A stretch of DNA of 64,000 nt from Deltaproteobacteria bacterium. GTDB lineage: Bacteria; Myxococcota; Kuafuiibacteriia; Kuafuiibacteriales; Kuafuiibacteriaceae. The stretch's first letter is position 1. The number at the start of each line of letters is the position of its first letter. Made by a program: the position numbers and the translations under genes. Under the pieces are notes generated by a model. It worked only from the letters and a program-made list of their open reading frames with translations, did not search any database and was not told the DNA's origin. Below, one piece after another: positions 40,982-51,211 of the stretch. The stretch spans positions 128,001-192,000 of the forward strand of contig JAVJQW010000018.1 in the NCBI GenBank assembly GCA_040218735.1, given 5' to 3'.

Positions 40982-41833
40982 ATGACGGAACGTCTCCTCA
41001 CGACCCGGCAGGCGGCAGAGTGGCTCGGGGTTGGACCCACGAGCGTGAAGCGTTGGGCGGACGACGGGCGACTCGCCTGTGTTCGCACCGCGGGAGGGCA
41101 CCGGCGGTTCGAAGCCGAGGTGGTGCGCGCGTTCGGACGGAGCGTCGATGGCCCGAGCTCCGAGGTCGACGGGCTCGTCGATCTGTTTGCTTCGCGCGCG
41201 CCGTCCGCGTCGCTGCAGGCGCGCATCCTGGAGCTCAAGGTCTCCCACGGCGGCTGGGTCGGCGCGGCGCGTGTCCTCGGGGAAGCGGTCACGCGCATCG
41301 GCGAACGCTGGCGCGCGGGCACCCTCAGCGTCGCCTCGGAGCACGCGGCGACCGAGCGCCTGTATCGCGCGGTCGCGACGCTCTGTGACCAGATCCCTGT
41401 CGCGTCGAACGCGCCGACCTGCGTGTTGAGCGTCGCGGCCGGCGACGATCACGCGCTGGGGCTCTTGCTCACCGAGCTGTGCGCGAAGAGCGTGGGGTGG
41501 CAGGCGATCTGGCTGGGCACACGTACCCAAGTCGGCACGATCGTCGAGGCGATCCGCGAGCCGGGCGTCCGCGTGCTCGCGGTCTTGGCGTCCCTGTCTT
41601 CGGAGGACGAGCTGTCACTCGCCAAACAGGCGCGTGACCTGGGTGAGCTGTGTGAGCTGCACCGCGTGCAGCTGGTTCTCGGAGGCGAAGGCGCCTGGCC
41701 CGACGTCGTGTCCCGCGGTGTGCGCCTGAGGACCTTCGAGGCGTTCACGAACCTACTCGACGAGGTCGCGCGACGACCCGCGGCGCAGGACGCTGGACCA
41801 CGCCGTGGGGTATCATTCGTGAATGCGGATTAG
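40982..41833 (+). CDS. CarH/LitR-like B12-dependent transcriptional regulator
   Basis: MerR/excisionase HTH 'VKRWAD..RTAGGHRRF', W-x9-EH motif (WRAGTLSVASEH), B12 motif 'DDHALG'. Confidence 0.88.
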   Translation: MTERLLTTRQAAEWLGVGPTSVKRWADDGRLACVRTAGGHRRFEAEVVRAFGRSVDGPSSEVDGLVDLFASRAPSASLQARILELKVSHGGWVGAARVLGEAVTRIGERWRAGTLSVASEHAATERLYRAVATLCDQIPVASNAPTCVLSVAAGDDHALGLLLTELCAKSVGWQAIWLGTRTQVGTIVEAIREPGVRVLAVLASLSSEDELSLAKQARDLGELCELHRVQLVLGGEGAWPDVVSRGVRLRTFEAFTNLLDEVARRPAAQDAGPRRGVSFVNAD

Positions 41834-44693
41834 CCGCGCGGCCGCCGCGCAACGCAAGCGAATACGCCCGTTCGCCGTCGCCGTCGCCCTCGTGGCCGGC
41901 GGCGCCTGTCAGTGCGACGAGGACACGCTCGTTCGCGTACGTCCGCAGCTCGAGCTCGACCTCGAGCGCGTCGACTTCGGTGAAGTGCCCCTCGGCGCGA
42001 CCAAACGTGTCGTCGTACCGATCGCCAACGCGGGCACGGCGGAGCTCGTCATCGTCACTGCGACCACGAGCGCGCCATTCGGCGCGGTGGTGCTCGACAC
42101 GAAGATCACCGCCGGCGGCACCGGCCTGATCGACGTCCTCTTCCAACCCACGAACGACGAAGCGCAGGTCGGCACGCTGCAGATCGAGTCCAACGACGAA
42201 GACCGTCCGATCGTCACGTTGGAGCTGACCGGGCAGGGCGTCGACAGCAACCTCACGATTCGACCGACGGACATCGACTTCGGTGGCACCCCCGTCGGCG
42301 CGACGCGTGTCGTGGAGCTGCTGATGTCGAGCTTCGGCTTGGAGGCTCAGGTCGGACGTATCGTCGCGGAGGGTTTCGATCGCCCAGGGCACTTCCGCAT
42401 GACCTCGCTGGAGGACTTCTCGGGCACCGGCACCTACTCGATCGGTGCGCGGTCGCAGCTCGTGTTCGACCTCGAGTACCGCCCCGCGGAGATCGGACCT
42501 GACCGAGGGCGGCTCGTCTTCGAGGTGTGCGGGCCTCGCTGCGGGATCGAGATCGACGTGGGCGGCGAAGGCGCTGAGGCCTCCGTGCGGTTGCGACCGG
42601 CCATGATCGACTTCGGCACGATGGCGATCGGGGAGACGAAAACGGATCAGATCGTCGTCGAAAATCTCGGTAACTCGGCGCTCACCGTGCTGAGCGCCGC
42701 TTCGGCGGGCGGACCCGGGTTGGCGATCACGCCGTCGCGGAACTTCCCGGTCGGGCTCGAGCCGGGAGAGACCATCACGCTGACGGTCGAGCTCACGGCG
42801 ATGGCCGCCAACGAGATCCATCGTACCGTCGTCGTGACGACGAACGACGCAGTGCTGCCCGAGGCGCGTGCGTCGATCGTCGCGGAGGGCCAAGGGCCGC
42901 AGATCGCGGTGCAGCCGGAGTCGATCAGCTTCGGCGTCCAGCGTGACGTCGACACGTACAACCGGCCGCTCTTGCTCGTGAACGCCGGCACGACGCCGGT
43001 GCAGGTCGAGTCGGTGACGCTGCAGGGCGCGCCGGAGCTCGGGCTCGGTGTGCTCCCCGCGCTGCCGGCGCGGCTCGGCGCGGGGGAGTCGCTGTTGGTC
43101 GACGTGACGTTCTCGCCGACGGCGATCGGAGAGTACAGCGGCACCGTCACGGTCACGAGTGACGACCCGAGCGCGGCGATGGTCGACGTTCCGGTGATCG
43201 GCGGCCTCGCGGATCGCATCTGCGAGATCGACGCGGCGACGCAGCAGCTCAACTTCGGGCAGCTGCCGCCCGGCTTCAGGCGGCAGCTCACCGCGCAGCT
43301 GACGAACATCGGCTTCGACACCTGCACGATCTCGAGCGCCGCGTTCCGCGCGCCGGTCGATCCGGCGTTCAGGCTACTCAACCCGCCGTGGCCTGCGACG
43401 CTGAACCCGGGTGAGCAGCTCTCGCTCGCCTTCGAGTACACGCCGACCGACCGCGTCGAGTCGAAGGCCAACTTCACGATGCAGACCACCGACCCGGTGT
43501 TCCCGGAGCGTCACCTGTCGTTGATCGGGACGGGCGCGGGGACTCTGGAGGTCTTCACGGATCCGGAGAGCATCGACTTCGGCGTGGTCGCGCCCCAGTG
43601 CGCGACGCAGAGCCGCTCGATCCGCGTCTACAACACCGGCAGCATCGACGTGAACGTCACGGGCGTGACGCTCACGTCGAGCACGTCCGAGATCGGGTTG
43701 CAGGGCGCGCCGATGTCGATGGTGCTCACGGCCGGCGGAAGCTTTGGGTTCGACGTCACCTATGAGCCGCAGGACTTCGACGTCGACACGGCCTTCGTCG
43801 AGGTCGCGGTGGCGGAGCTCGTGTTCCCGCTCATCGTCCCGGTGCAGGGCGAGGGCGCGCCGCAACCGCAGGCGCTCGATGCGTTCCAGCAGCGCTCGGT
43901 CTCCGAGGACGTCGACGTCCTGTTCGTCATCGACGACAGCTGCTCGATGGGTGACGACCAGCAGGCGCTCGCCGCGAACTTCAGCGTGTTCATCCAGAGC
44001 GCCAACGTTCGCAGCGTCGACTTCCAGATCGGCGTCACGACCACGACGATCTTCCCGGATCCGGGCGCGCTCGTCGGGCCGGTCCTCACCAACAACACAC
44101 CGAACCTCGTCGGTGCGTTCCAAGCGCAGGCCAACGTCGGCATCACGGGGTCCGGCTTCGAGCGCGGCCTCGACGCCATGCTCGCCGCGCTTCAGGCGGC
44201 GGACGCCGGCATCGGCTACAACGCCGCGCTGCTCCGGCCCGGCGCTGCGCGCGTCGTCGTGATCGTGACCGACGAGGACGACAGCTCGGCGGGCGCGCCG
44301 GCGCTCTACTACCGTGAGCTCGTCTCGCGCTCGCCGGACGGGCAGACCGCCATCATCGTCTCCGGAGGCGCGAACGGCTGCACGACGATGGGCCGCCTCG
44401 CGTTCCCGGCGCCGCGCTACGAGGAGTTCAGGCGCCTCGCGCGCGGGATCACCGAGTCGATCTGCAACGATTGGGGGCGGACGCTCGAACGCATCGGCAA
44501 CGCGGCGTTCGGTCTCAGCGCCTTTTTCCCGCTCTCGTCCCCGACCGCCGACGTCAACTCGATCGTGGTGCGGGTCGATGGTCAGGTTGTCACGAGCGGC
44601 TGGACCTACGACCCCGTCGCGAACGCCGTCGAGTTCACGACGCCGCCTCCCCCGGGATCGACCGTCGAGATCGAGTACACGCCGACGTGTTGA
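41823..44693 (+). CDS. Lipoprotein with tandem Ig-like (ASH/choice-of-anchor D type) domains and C-terminal VWA domain
   Basis: About 6 'P..IDFG...N.G' repeats; MIDAS-like 'DVLFVIDDSCSM' and 'VTDEDD'. Confidence 0.88.
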   Translation: MRISRAAAAQRKRIRPFAVAVALVAGGACQCDEDTLVRVRPQLELDLERVDFGEVPLGATKRVVVPIANAGTAELVIVTATTSAPFGAVVLDTKITAGGTGLIDVLFQPTNDEAQVGTLQIESNDEDRPIVTLELTGQGVDSNLTIRPTDIDFGGTPVGATRVVELLMSSFGLEAQVGRIVAEGFDRPGHFRMTSLEDFSGTGTYSIGARSQLVFDLEYRPAEIGPDRGRLVFEVCGPRCGIEIDVGGEGAEASVRLRPAMIDFGTMAIGETKTDQIVVENLGNSALTVLSAASAGGPGLAITPSRNFPVGLEPGETITLTVELTAMAANEIHRTVVVTTNDAVLPEARASIVAEGQGPQIAVQPESISFGVQRDVDTYNRPLLLVNAGTTPVQVESVTLQGAPELGLGVLPALPARLGAGESLLVDVTFSPTAIGEYSGTVTVTSDDPSAAMVDVPVIGGLADRICEIDAATQQLNFGQLPPGFRRQLTAQLTNIGFDTCTISSAAFRAPVDPAFRLLNPPWPATLNPGEQLSLAFEYTPTDRVESKANFTMQTTDPVFPERHLSLIGTGAGTLEVFTDPESIDFGVVAPQCATQSRSIRVYNTGSIDVNVTGVTLTSSTSEIGLQGAPMSMVLTAGGSFGFDVTYEPQDFDVDTAFVEVAVAELVFPLIVPVQGEGAPQPQALDAFQQRSVSEDVDVLFVIDDSCSMGDDQQALAANFSVFIQSANVRSVDFQIGVTTTTIFPDPGALVGPVLTNNTPNLVGAFQAQANVGITGSGFERGLDAMLAALQAADAGIGYNAALLRPGAARVVVIVTDEDDSSAGAPALYYRELVSRSPDGQTAIIVSGGANGCTTMGRLAFPAPRYEEFRRLARGITESICNDWGRTLERIGNAAFGLSAFFPLSSPTADVNSIVVRVDGQVVTSGWTYDPVANAVEFTTPPPPGSTVEIEYTPTC

Positions 44694-45994
44694 GACGCAC
44701 CTCCTTCATCGCGGTCTTCGCTTCGTTCGTCGCGTCGTGCGGCGGCCCTCCGTGCCGTTCACCGTCGGACTGCCCGTTCGGCTCGCACTGTGTCTTCGAG
44801 CTCAGCGAGAACTCGATCGGCGGGTCGTGTGTCAGCGAGTGCATCGAGCACACCGACTGCCCGGCGGGTGAGAACAACGTCGTCATCCCGATCTGCAACA
44901 ACACCGGGCGCTGTGAGCTGCGCGCGCGCCCGCCGTTGGTGCGCGTGCTGTCGCCGTTGATCGACGAGCGCTTCCCCGTCGGGACGCGGACGATCGTCGT
45001 CTCGGGCGAGGTCGAGACCGCGGCCGACTTCGTGGGGATCGATCTGCAGATCGTCCCCGGGGGGCAGTGCGGTGCGTCGGGCGGGCAGACGATCACGGTC
45101 GAGAACCCGACGCCCGGTTCGTTCAGCGTGGTGCCGTTCATCATCGACGGCGTCGAGGTCGACACCGGACCGGCGACCCTGATCGTCGAAGCCTCCGTCC
45201 TCGGATCACGTCAGACCAAACCGATACCGATCGAGATCGAGTGTCCGGGCTGCCCCGAGATCGCCCTCGACACGAACCTCGTCGCGAGCGGGCTCGAGCT
45301 CGCCCGGATCGCAGGCACCGTGCGTGGCGTCGAAGTCCCCGCCGCCGTGTGGCGTGTGCGGTCGGTGCACGGCGACGTGATCGACGGCCTGATGCCGGTG
45401 CAGGGCGGCACCTTCGCGGCGACGCGGCTCCCGCTGTTCGCCGGCGCCAACCGGATCGAGGTGAGCGCGGCCGCTCCGGGCGGCGCCGAGTCACGGTGCT
45501 CGGTGAGCATCGACGCCCCCGCCGTCGACCGCGGCCTGCGCGCGTTCATCACCTGGGACGGACCGACGAGTGATCTCGACCTCCACGTGATCGGGCCGGG
45601 CGGCGCGTTCGGCGACGGTGCCTCGTCGCTCTCCGCCCGCGGCCGCTTCCCGACGTTCGGCGGCGTCGTGAACGACGACGCAGAGGGGTTCGGCCCCGAG
45701 GAGCTCCGTATCGCGGGGCCGCCGCTGGGGACGTACGGGTTCATCGTCGAGCCGGTCACCGACGGGCGCGATCCCGGCGCGAGCGCGTTCCTTCGTGTCC
45801 TCTACGACGGTCGCCTCGTACAGCGAGGCCCGATCGGCCCGGCGTACGTGAGCGCGGACCTCGGCGAGCTGTGGGTCGCGGGGCGCCTCGTGATCGACGA
45901 GGACGGCGCGACCTGGGACGGCCACGATCAGTACGTGCCGACCGTGCCGCTCCCGGACGCCGCGCCAGAGGCGTGGCCCCCGTACCAGCGATGA
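44690..45994 (+). CDS. Cys-rich lipoprotein with YfaP/DUF2135-like C-terminal domain
   Basis: TTG start overlaps the upstream stop; 'ITWD..SDLDLHV..P', 'DD..GFGPE'. Confidence 0.8.
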   Translation: MRRTSFIAVFASFVASCGGPPCRSPSDCPFGSHCVFELSENSIGGSCVSECIEHTDCPAGENNVVIPICNNTGRCELRARPPLVRVLSPLIDERFPVGTRTIVVSGEVETAADFVGIDLQIVPGGQCGASGGQTITVENPTPGSFSVVPFIIDGVEVDTGPATLIVEASVLGSRQTKPIPIEIECPGCPEIALDTNLVASGLELARIAGTVRGVEVPAAVWRVRSVHGDVIDGLMPVQGGTFAATRLPLFAGANRIEVSAAAPGGAESRCSVSIDAPAVDRGLRAFITWDGPTSDLDLHVIGPGGAFGDGASSLSARGRFPTFGGVVNDDAEGFGPEELRIAGPPLGTYGFIVEPVTDGRDPGASAFLRVLYDGRLVQRGPIGPAYVSADLGELWVAGRLVIDEDGATWDGHDQYVPTVPLPDAAPEAWPPYQR

Positions 45995-46086
45995 CAGTGC
46001 AGCGATGACAGACGTCCCAACCGAACCACGGTCCAACGCGACGTGAACGGTCGAAGGATCGCGATCGGATCGTCTACAATGAGGGC

Positions 46087-47178
46087 ATGGTTCGTCCTGC
46101 AGGAGCACCGACGAACGGCCCGGTGAGGGTCGTCGACGAACCCGCCATCGTCGAGGAAGACGGCGCGGGGACACGGGTCACGATCGAAGGGGGCGGCCCA
46201 CCGGTCGTCCAGGCCGACGCGGAGACCGCACGTGTCGCGGAGGCCCGCGTCCGCGCGGACCCGCTTGCGCAGCAGCATCAGCTCCGCATTCAGGCGAAGC
46301 TCGACGCGCGCGTGGATCCGGAGACGGCGACGCGCGTGGTCCGGTTCGGGCACCGCGTCGCGCACCAGATCTACGACGAGGGCAGCGCGACGGCCGCACA
46401 CGCGATGCAATCGCTCGAAGCGGCGAGCCGCCTCTCCGGGCAGGGACGACTCGTCACCACCGGGACGATCGAGCGCTCCGGCAATCGATTCGTCTACAGC
46501 CCCGAACCTCGCGACCGGCTCGTGGTGCCGGGAGAGGACGGCGGCACGCGCACGTATCGTTTCGACAAGATCGAAGGGAATCTGTCCAGCGTCGAGGCCT
46601 ACTTTCAGAACGACCACGACTTCCGCTTCTCGGTCGAGGAGGGGGAGGGCGAGCGGCTCGACATCACGTCGACGAAGGACGGCCGTCAGCACGACGTCAC
46701 CGTGAAGGGCAACGTGGTGTTCGAGGGCGAGACGTTCCAGGCCGACATTCGGTACCGCGGTAACGAGGTCCACGAGGGTGACTCGACGGGTTCGACGTAC
46801 ACGAGCACGGCGACGTACTCCGGGACGGTGCGCGGAGAGGGCATGGTTCTCACGGTCGAAGAGACGCAGCGGTACCAGCAGGTGAACGCGGTGCGGACGG
46901 AGGGCTTCGGAGGCTCCGCCGTCTCGCGTACGCGGGAGATCAACAACCGCCTCGAGGTCGGCGACGACACCTATCGCTGGCAAGGCGTCCGCACGCACCA
47001 GACGTTCCGCAACGGGTACGCAAACAATGCCAACGGTGAGTGGGCGGCGGCGGGGCAGCTCTTCCACAACGACGCGCTGCTCGGGACGTATCGGCTCGGC
47101 TCCACGGGCAACATCATCGCGTTCCAGCTCGACCTTGGGACCGAGCAGGTGGAGATCGACCGCTTTCAGCGACGCTGA
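46087..47178 (+). CDS. Hypothetical protein, low-complexity N-terminus plus beta-rich domain
   Basis: Good codon usage; TACAAT upstream; no classical signal peptide. Confidence 0.8.
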   Translation: MVRPAGAPTNGPVRVVDEPAIVEEDGAGTRVTIEGGGPPVVQADAETARVAEARVRADPLAQQHQLRIQAKLDARVDPETATRVVRFGHRVAHQIYDEGSATAAHAMQSLEAASRLSGQGRLVTTGTIERSGNRFVYSPEPRDRLVVPGEDGGTRTYRFDKIEGNLSSVEAYFQNDHDFRFSVEEGEGERLDITSTKDGRQHDVTVKGNVVFEGETFQADIRYRGNEVHEGDSTGSTYTSTATYSGTVRGEGMVLTVEETQRYQQVNAVRTEGFGGSAVSRTREINNRLEVGDDTYRWQGVRTHQTFRNGYANNANGEWAAAGQLFHNDALLGTYRLGSTGNIIAFQLDLGTEQVEIDRFQRR

Positions 47179-47219
47179 GGGTCGACAAACCGCGCAAAAC
47201 GACCAAGGTTCGGCACGTC

Positions 47220-48089
47220 GTGACGCGCGACCTGCTGCTCCTCCTCTACGTCGGCGCGACCATCCTCGTCGGCCTCGTCGTCGCCATCGCGTTCCTCGTA
47301 TGGGGGCACCGCGTCGGCCTCCGAAGACGGCTCGCGCTCGAGTCGCGCAAGCGTTTCGAAGCGCTGCACACCGATACGCCGAAAGAAGACGCCAGCACCG
47401 AGGCTCGGCAGCGTGCGCTCGAGGCGATCGAACGCTCCGCGACGGTGACGCGTCGTCTCGTCGTGCCGTTGGCGGTGATGTTCGTGGGCTTCTTCGCGGG
47501 GCTGCCGTTCCTCGATCAAGTCCCGGCGACGATCTTCTCGCTGTTGGTCGCGGCCGTGACGGTGTTGGTTGGTATCGCGGCGCGGCCGTTCGTCGAGAAT
47601 GCGATCGCGGGGCTCGTGATCTCGTCGTCGAAGATCCTCAACATCGGCGACACCGTGCGCATCAGCGGTCACTACGGGACGGTCGAGGACATCACGCTCT
47701 CGCACACCACGCTGAAGCTTTGGGACTGGCGCCGGTTCGTCGTCCCGAACGGCGCGATGCTCAACCGCGACTTCGAGAACTACTCGCTGTTCGACAAGGA
47801 CATCTGGGCGCACGCCGAGTTCTGGGTCGCGCCGGACTCGGACCTCGAGGAGGTGGAACGCATTGCGCTCGCCTCGCCGATCGGGAGTGACTACTTCAAC
47901 GCGACCGAGGAGCCGCAGTTCTGGGTGATGGCGCTGGAGAAGGACGCGGTGCACTGCTGGGTGGCGGCGTGGGCGAAGACACCGGCCGATGCCTGGCTGT
48001 TGGTCAGCGACATGCGAAACGCGATCGCTCAGGGGCTGCGGAAGGCCGGGATCCGCACGCACAAGACCGTTTGGGAGAACAACACGTAA
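47220..48089 (+). CDS. mscS: Small-conductance mechanosensitive channel family protein
   Basis: 'VGIAARPFVENAIAG..IGDTVRI..GTVEDITL..T...VVPN'. Start approximate. Confidence 0.9.
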   Translation: MTRDLLLLLYVGATILVGLVVAIAFLVWGHRVGLRRRLALESRKRFEALHTDTPKEDASTEARQRALEAIERSATVTRRLVVPLAVMFVGFFAGLPFLDQVPATIFSLLVAAVTVLVGIAARPFVENAIAGLVISSSKILNIGDTVRISGHYGTVEDITLSHTTLKLWDWRRFVVPNGAMLNRDFENYSLFDKDIWAHAEFWVAPDSDLEEVERIALASPIGSDYFNATEEPQFWVMALEKDAVHCWVAAWAKTPADAWLLVSDMRNAIAQGLRKAGIRTHKTVWENNT

Positions 48090-48178
48090 CCGGCGACATC
48101 GAAGGCGCGAGTCAAACGTCACACCCCCGCGACGAAGGTCGACTTGTTGCCCTCGTCGGCGTGCCGCCAAGATGACGC

Positions 48179-51100
48179 ATGACCGTGACAGGACTCACGG
48201 GCGGTGCGACGCGAAGGATTGCCGAAGCACCCAGTGACGACACCCGAATCCGCGACGACGACCCCGTCGAGCTCGCGCGAACCGAAGAAGCGCCCGTCGA
48301 CGAAACCCGAGTCGACGGCGCGGACGTACGACCGGTCGATGCCGTCCCGGCCGCCGACACGTTCGAGCGTGGCGACGGCGTAGATCCGGACGAGCGACCG
48401 CCGGTGACCGCCGGCGTCACCCCCGTCGCGGGGACGGCGACACCGGTGGCTCCGGTGGCGGACGACGTCGCGGCGTACATCGACTCGGTGCGCAGCCCCG
48501 CTTTCGCACCCGACGGTGTCGTCGGCGACGTGCGCGCTTCGACGGACCGCGACGCCGCGTGGCAGGAGCGCTACGACACCGCACTCGCGGAGCTGGACGC
48601 GCGCGCGAACAGCGCACGCCGCCGCCTCGCCGCGGGGGAGCCCGTGAATCGCTCTGTCGTCCCGCGTGGCTTCCCGGAGCCGGACGCGGATGTGACCGCA
48701 CGAATCGTCGAGGCGGGTCCGGACGGTGAACGCACCCGTCGCGAGCTCGCGGTGGCCATCGCCGACCACGAGACTTGGAACCTGCGCTACAGCGGAGAGC
48801 GTCGGCACCTGTCGACGCTGGCGAACGACGACGCGACGCCCGAGGAGCGCCACGAGGCGATCGAGGCCCTCGCGTACAACTCGGGTCGACTCAGCCCCGA
48901 TGGCGTTCGTGCGCTCGCCGCCGCGCGCCCCGGTATCGACAGTGAGCGGCTCGCGGAGCGGATCGATGACCGCGTCGCGCCGTACGCCGACGTGCTCGCG
49001 ACCGGGCAACTCCCACAGCTCGAAGGTCTGCCGCCCGGACAGCGCGCGGCCGAAGCGCTGCGGGCGATCGAAGCCGGCGAGGTCGCCTATCCGGGGCCGG
49101 TGCGGGAGCACGAAGCGCGCCTCGCGATGGAGGCGGCGCGGACCGCCGAGCCCGACGCCGCGCGCGCGCTCGAACGAGTGGGGACGTCACTCGCGACCGG
49201 GCGCCCGACGGATCCGGAGTTGGGCGCGGCGTGGGATCTGTTGTCCCGCGCCGACCCGGCGTCGCTCTCGCAAGCTGACTTGCGCGCCGCGAACCAGCTC
49301 CTCGACGCGTACCCGCCCGTCGAGGGCGGTGGCCGAGTGCTCGGTGAGGGGGACGCGGCGGCGGTCGCGGGGGACACGCTCGCCGCGAACCGCGACGCGT
49401 TCCGGGCGCGACTCGAGGAGGAGAACGCGGTCTACGCCCGAGCGGGGTTCTCGGACGACAGCATGTACGCGGGTGGCACCGCGCTGGAGAACGAGCGGCT
49501 GATCGAGGACGTCGGGAGCCGCGTCGACACCGCGAGCCGCATCGACGTGGACCGGACGCTGCTCGCCGTCGAGCAGCAGCTCGAAGCGGGCGTCGGAGAT
49601 CGGGCGTCGCTCGAAGCGCTGCGCACGCGTCTGCAGGAGCGCCGTCCGGTCGCCGCCGCCGCCGAGGCGACGGCGCGCATCGATCACGCGGTCGAGCGCG
49701 CGCTGGAGGACCAGGGCATCGCGGGCGCGGGCTGGGATGGCCTACGCAACCTCGTCGGCGACGAGTCGGGGAGCGACGCGCTGCGCGGCCGCATCGACGA
49801 GATGCGTGCGGCGCGCGACGCGCTCGCCGACATGGAGAACTTCGAGGGCACGCCGGACGAACGCGCGGCGGAGCTGGCGCGTCGGTCCGAGGCCTTCGAC
49901 ACCGCGGCGCGCGCGGCGAGCGAGGCGTTCGCCGATTACGACCAGGCGCAGGGGACACTCGGCACTCGGGCCGGCGGTGCGCTGCGCCTCGCGTTCGGCA
50001 GCCTCGAGGCGGTGGTGGGGGCGGCCGGCGTGGTCGCGCCCGAACCCGCCACGTCGATCGGAGGCGCGCTGCTGTTCGCGCACGGGCTCGACACCGCGCG
50101 GCAAGGCGCCGCGGAGCTGTGGGACGGTCAGCCGCGCCAGACGTTGTTGTTCCAGGCGGTCGACGGTGGGCTTCAGCAGCTGGGTGTCGGTGAGAACGCC
50201 GCACGGACGCTCGCGACGTTCGCCGACATGGCGCCTTCGCTCCTGACGGCGGCCGGACCGGGACGCTACGCGGCTGCGCTGCGCGCGGGGCGGACGACGC
50301 TCGGCGCGGCGGCGCCGCCAACCGGGGCTCGGTTGTTCGGAGGTGCGCTCACGCGCCGACTCGAAGGCGGCCCGACGCCGATGTCGAGGCCCGCGGCGTC
50401 TTCGCTCCCCGTGGGGAGCGGCGGGCGCGCGGGGATCGACCTCGAAGGTTTCCAGCGCGAGGCCGATCTTCTGACGCATCAGATTCGGCTGGCGCGGGAT
50501 CTCGGCGAGACGGATCTCACGACGGTCGCGCGGCTCGAGCGCGAGCTCGCGCGCGTGCAGGACCCCGCGGCGCTGCGTTCGACGATCATGGGCGCCAACG
50601 ACTCGGGACGCATCGCGGCCGAGGCGAGCCGGTTGGGCCTCGAAGGGGTCGACGCGCGGACCATCGATCGCGTGCGGAGTTATTTGTTCGACAGCCCGGG
50701 CATCGCGTTCACACACGAGAACTACGCGGCGTGGCGACGCCTCGCGGAGGGTCGCGGCACCGCCGGGGACGCAGCATTCCTGCGCCACGAGGTCGCGGAG
50801 ATCCGCGCGCTCGAACGCAGCGGATTCGACTTCATGGGCCGCAACCTCGACGGGGCTTCGGCTTCGGTACAGAGACGTTGGCAGTCGGACTTCCGCACGG
50901 CGTACATGTCGGCGCACCGGGAGGCGCTCCAGGAGGAGTACGAGTTCCTCGCCGGGCGCGTCGGTGACGCGCTTCAGACGGGGACGGTGAACCGCAACGT
51001 CATCGCGGCGGTCGATCCGCTCAACGCGGAGGGGCGTCGCTACATGTTGCTCGACGGCAATCCGCTGACGGCGCACCCGGGCTACGCGGCCTGGCAGGCG

Positions 51101-51211
51101 CGCGCGACGCAGCCGATCCGGATCACCTCCGGCGCGGCGGAGCGCTACGGCCTCCCGCGGGACACGACGCTCGCGGACCTGGTAGCCGCCGTGCGACGAT
51201 CGACCCGGTGA
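48179..51211 (+). CDS. Polymorphic toxin-like protein (helical stalk, hydrophobic pre-toxin segment, C-terminal HExxE domain)
   Basis: 'VVAPEPATSIGGALLFAHGLD' segment; C-terminal 'AWRRLAEG...D..FLRHEVAE...AH'. Confidence 0.7.
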   Translation: MTVTGLTGGATRRIAEAPSDDTRIRDDDPVELARTEEAPVDETRVDGADVRPVDAVPAADTFERGDGVDPDERPPVTAGVTPVAGTATPVAPVADDVAAYIDSVRSPAFAPDGVVGDVRASTDRDAAWQERYDTALAELDARANSARRRLAAGEPVNRSVVPRGFPEPDADVTARIVEAGPDGERTRRELAVAIADHETWNLRYSGERRHLSTLANDDATPEERHEAIEALAYNSGRLSPDGVRALAAARPGIDSERLAERIDDRVAPYADVLATGQLPQLEGLPPGQRAAEALRAIEAGEVAYPGPVREHEARLAMEAARTAEPDAARALERVGTSLATGRPTDPELGAAWDLLSRADPASLSQADLRAANQLLDAYPPVEGGGRVLGEGDAAAVAGDTLAANRDAFRARLEEENAVYARAGFSDDSMYAGGTALENERLIEDVGSRVDTASRIDVDRTLLAVEQQLEAGVGDRASLEALRTRLQERRPVAAAAEATARIDHAVERALEDQGIAGAGWDGLRNLVGDESGSDALRGRIDEMRAARDALADMENFEGTPDERAAELARRSEAFDTAARAASEAFADYDQAQGTLGTRAGGALRLAFGSLEAVVGAAGVVAPEPATSIGGALLFAHGLDTARQGAAELWDGQPRQTLLFQAVDGGLQQLGVGENAARTLATFADMAPSLLTAAGPGRYAAALRAGRTTLGAAAPPTGARLFGGALTRRLEGGPTPMSRPAASSLPVGSGGRAGIDLEGFQREADLLTHQIRLARDLGETDLTTVARLERELARVQDPAALRSTIMGANDSGRIAAEASRLGLEGVDARTIDRVRSYLFDSPGIAFTHENYAAWRRLAEGRGTAGDAAFLRHEVAEIRALERSGFDFMGRNLDGASASVQRRWQSDFRTAYMSAHREALQEEYEFLAGRVGDALQTGTVNRNVIAAVDPLNAEGRRYMLLDGNPLTAHPGYAAWQARATQPIRITSGAAERYGLPRDTTLADLVAAVRRSTR

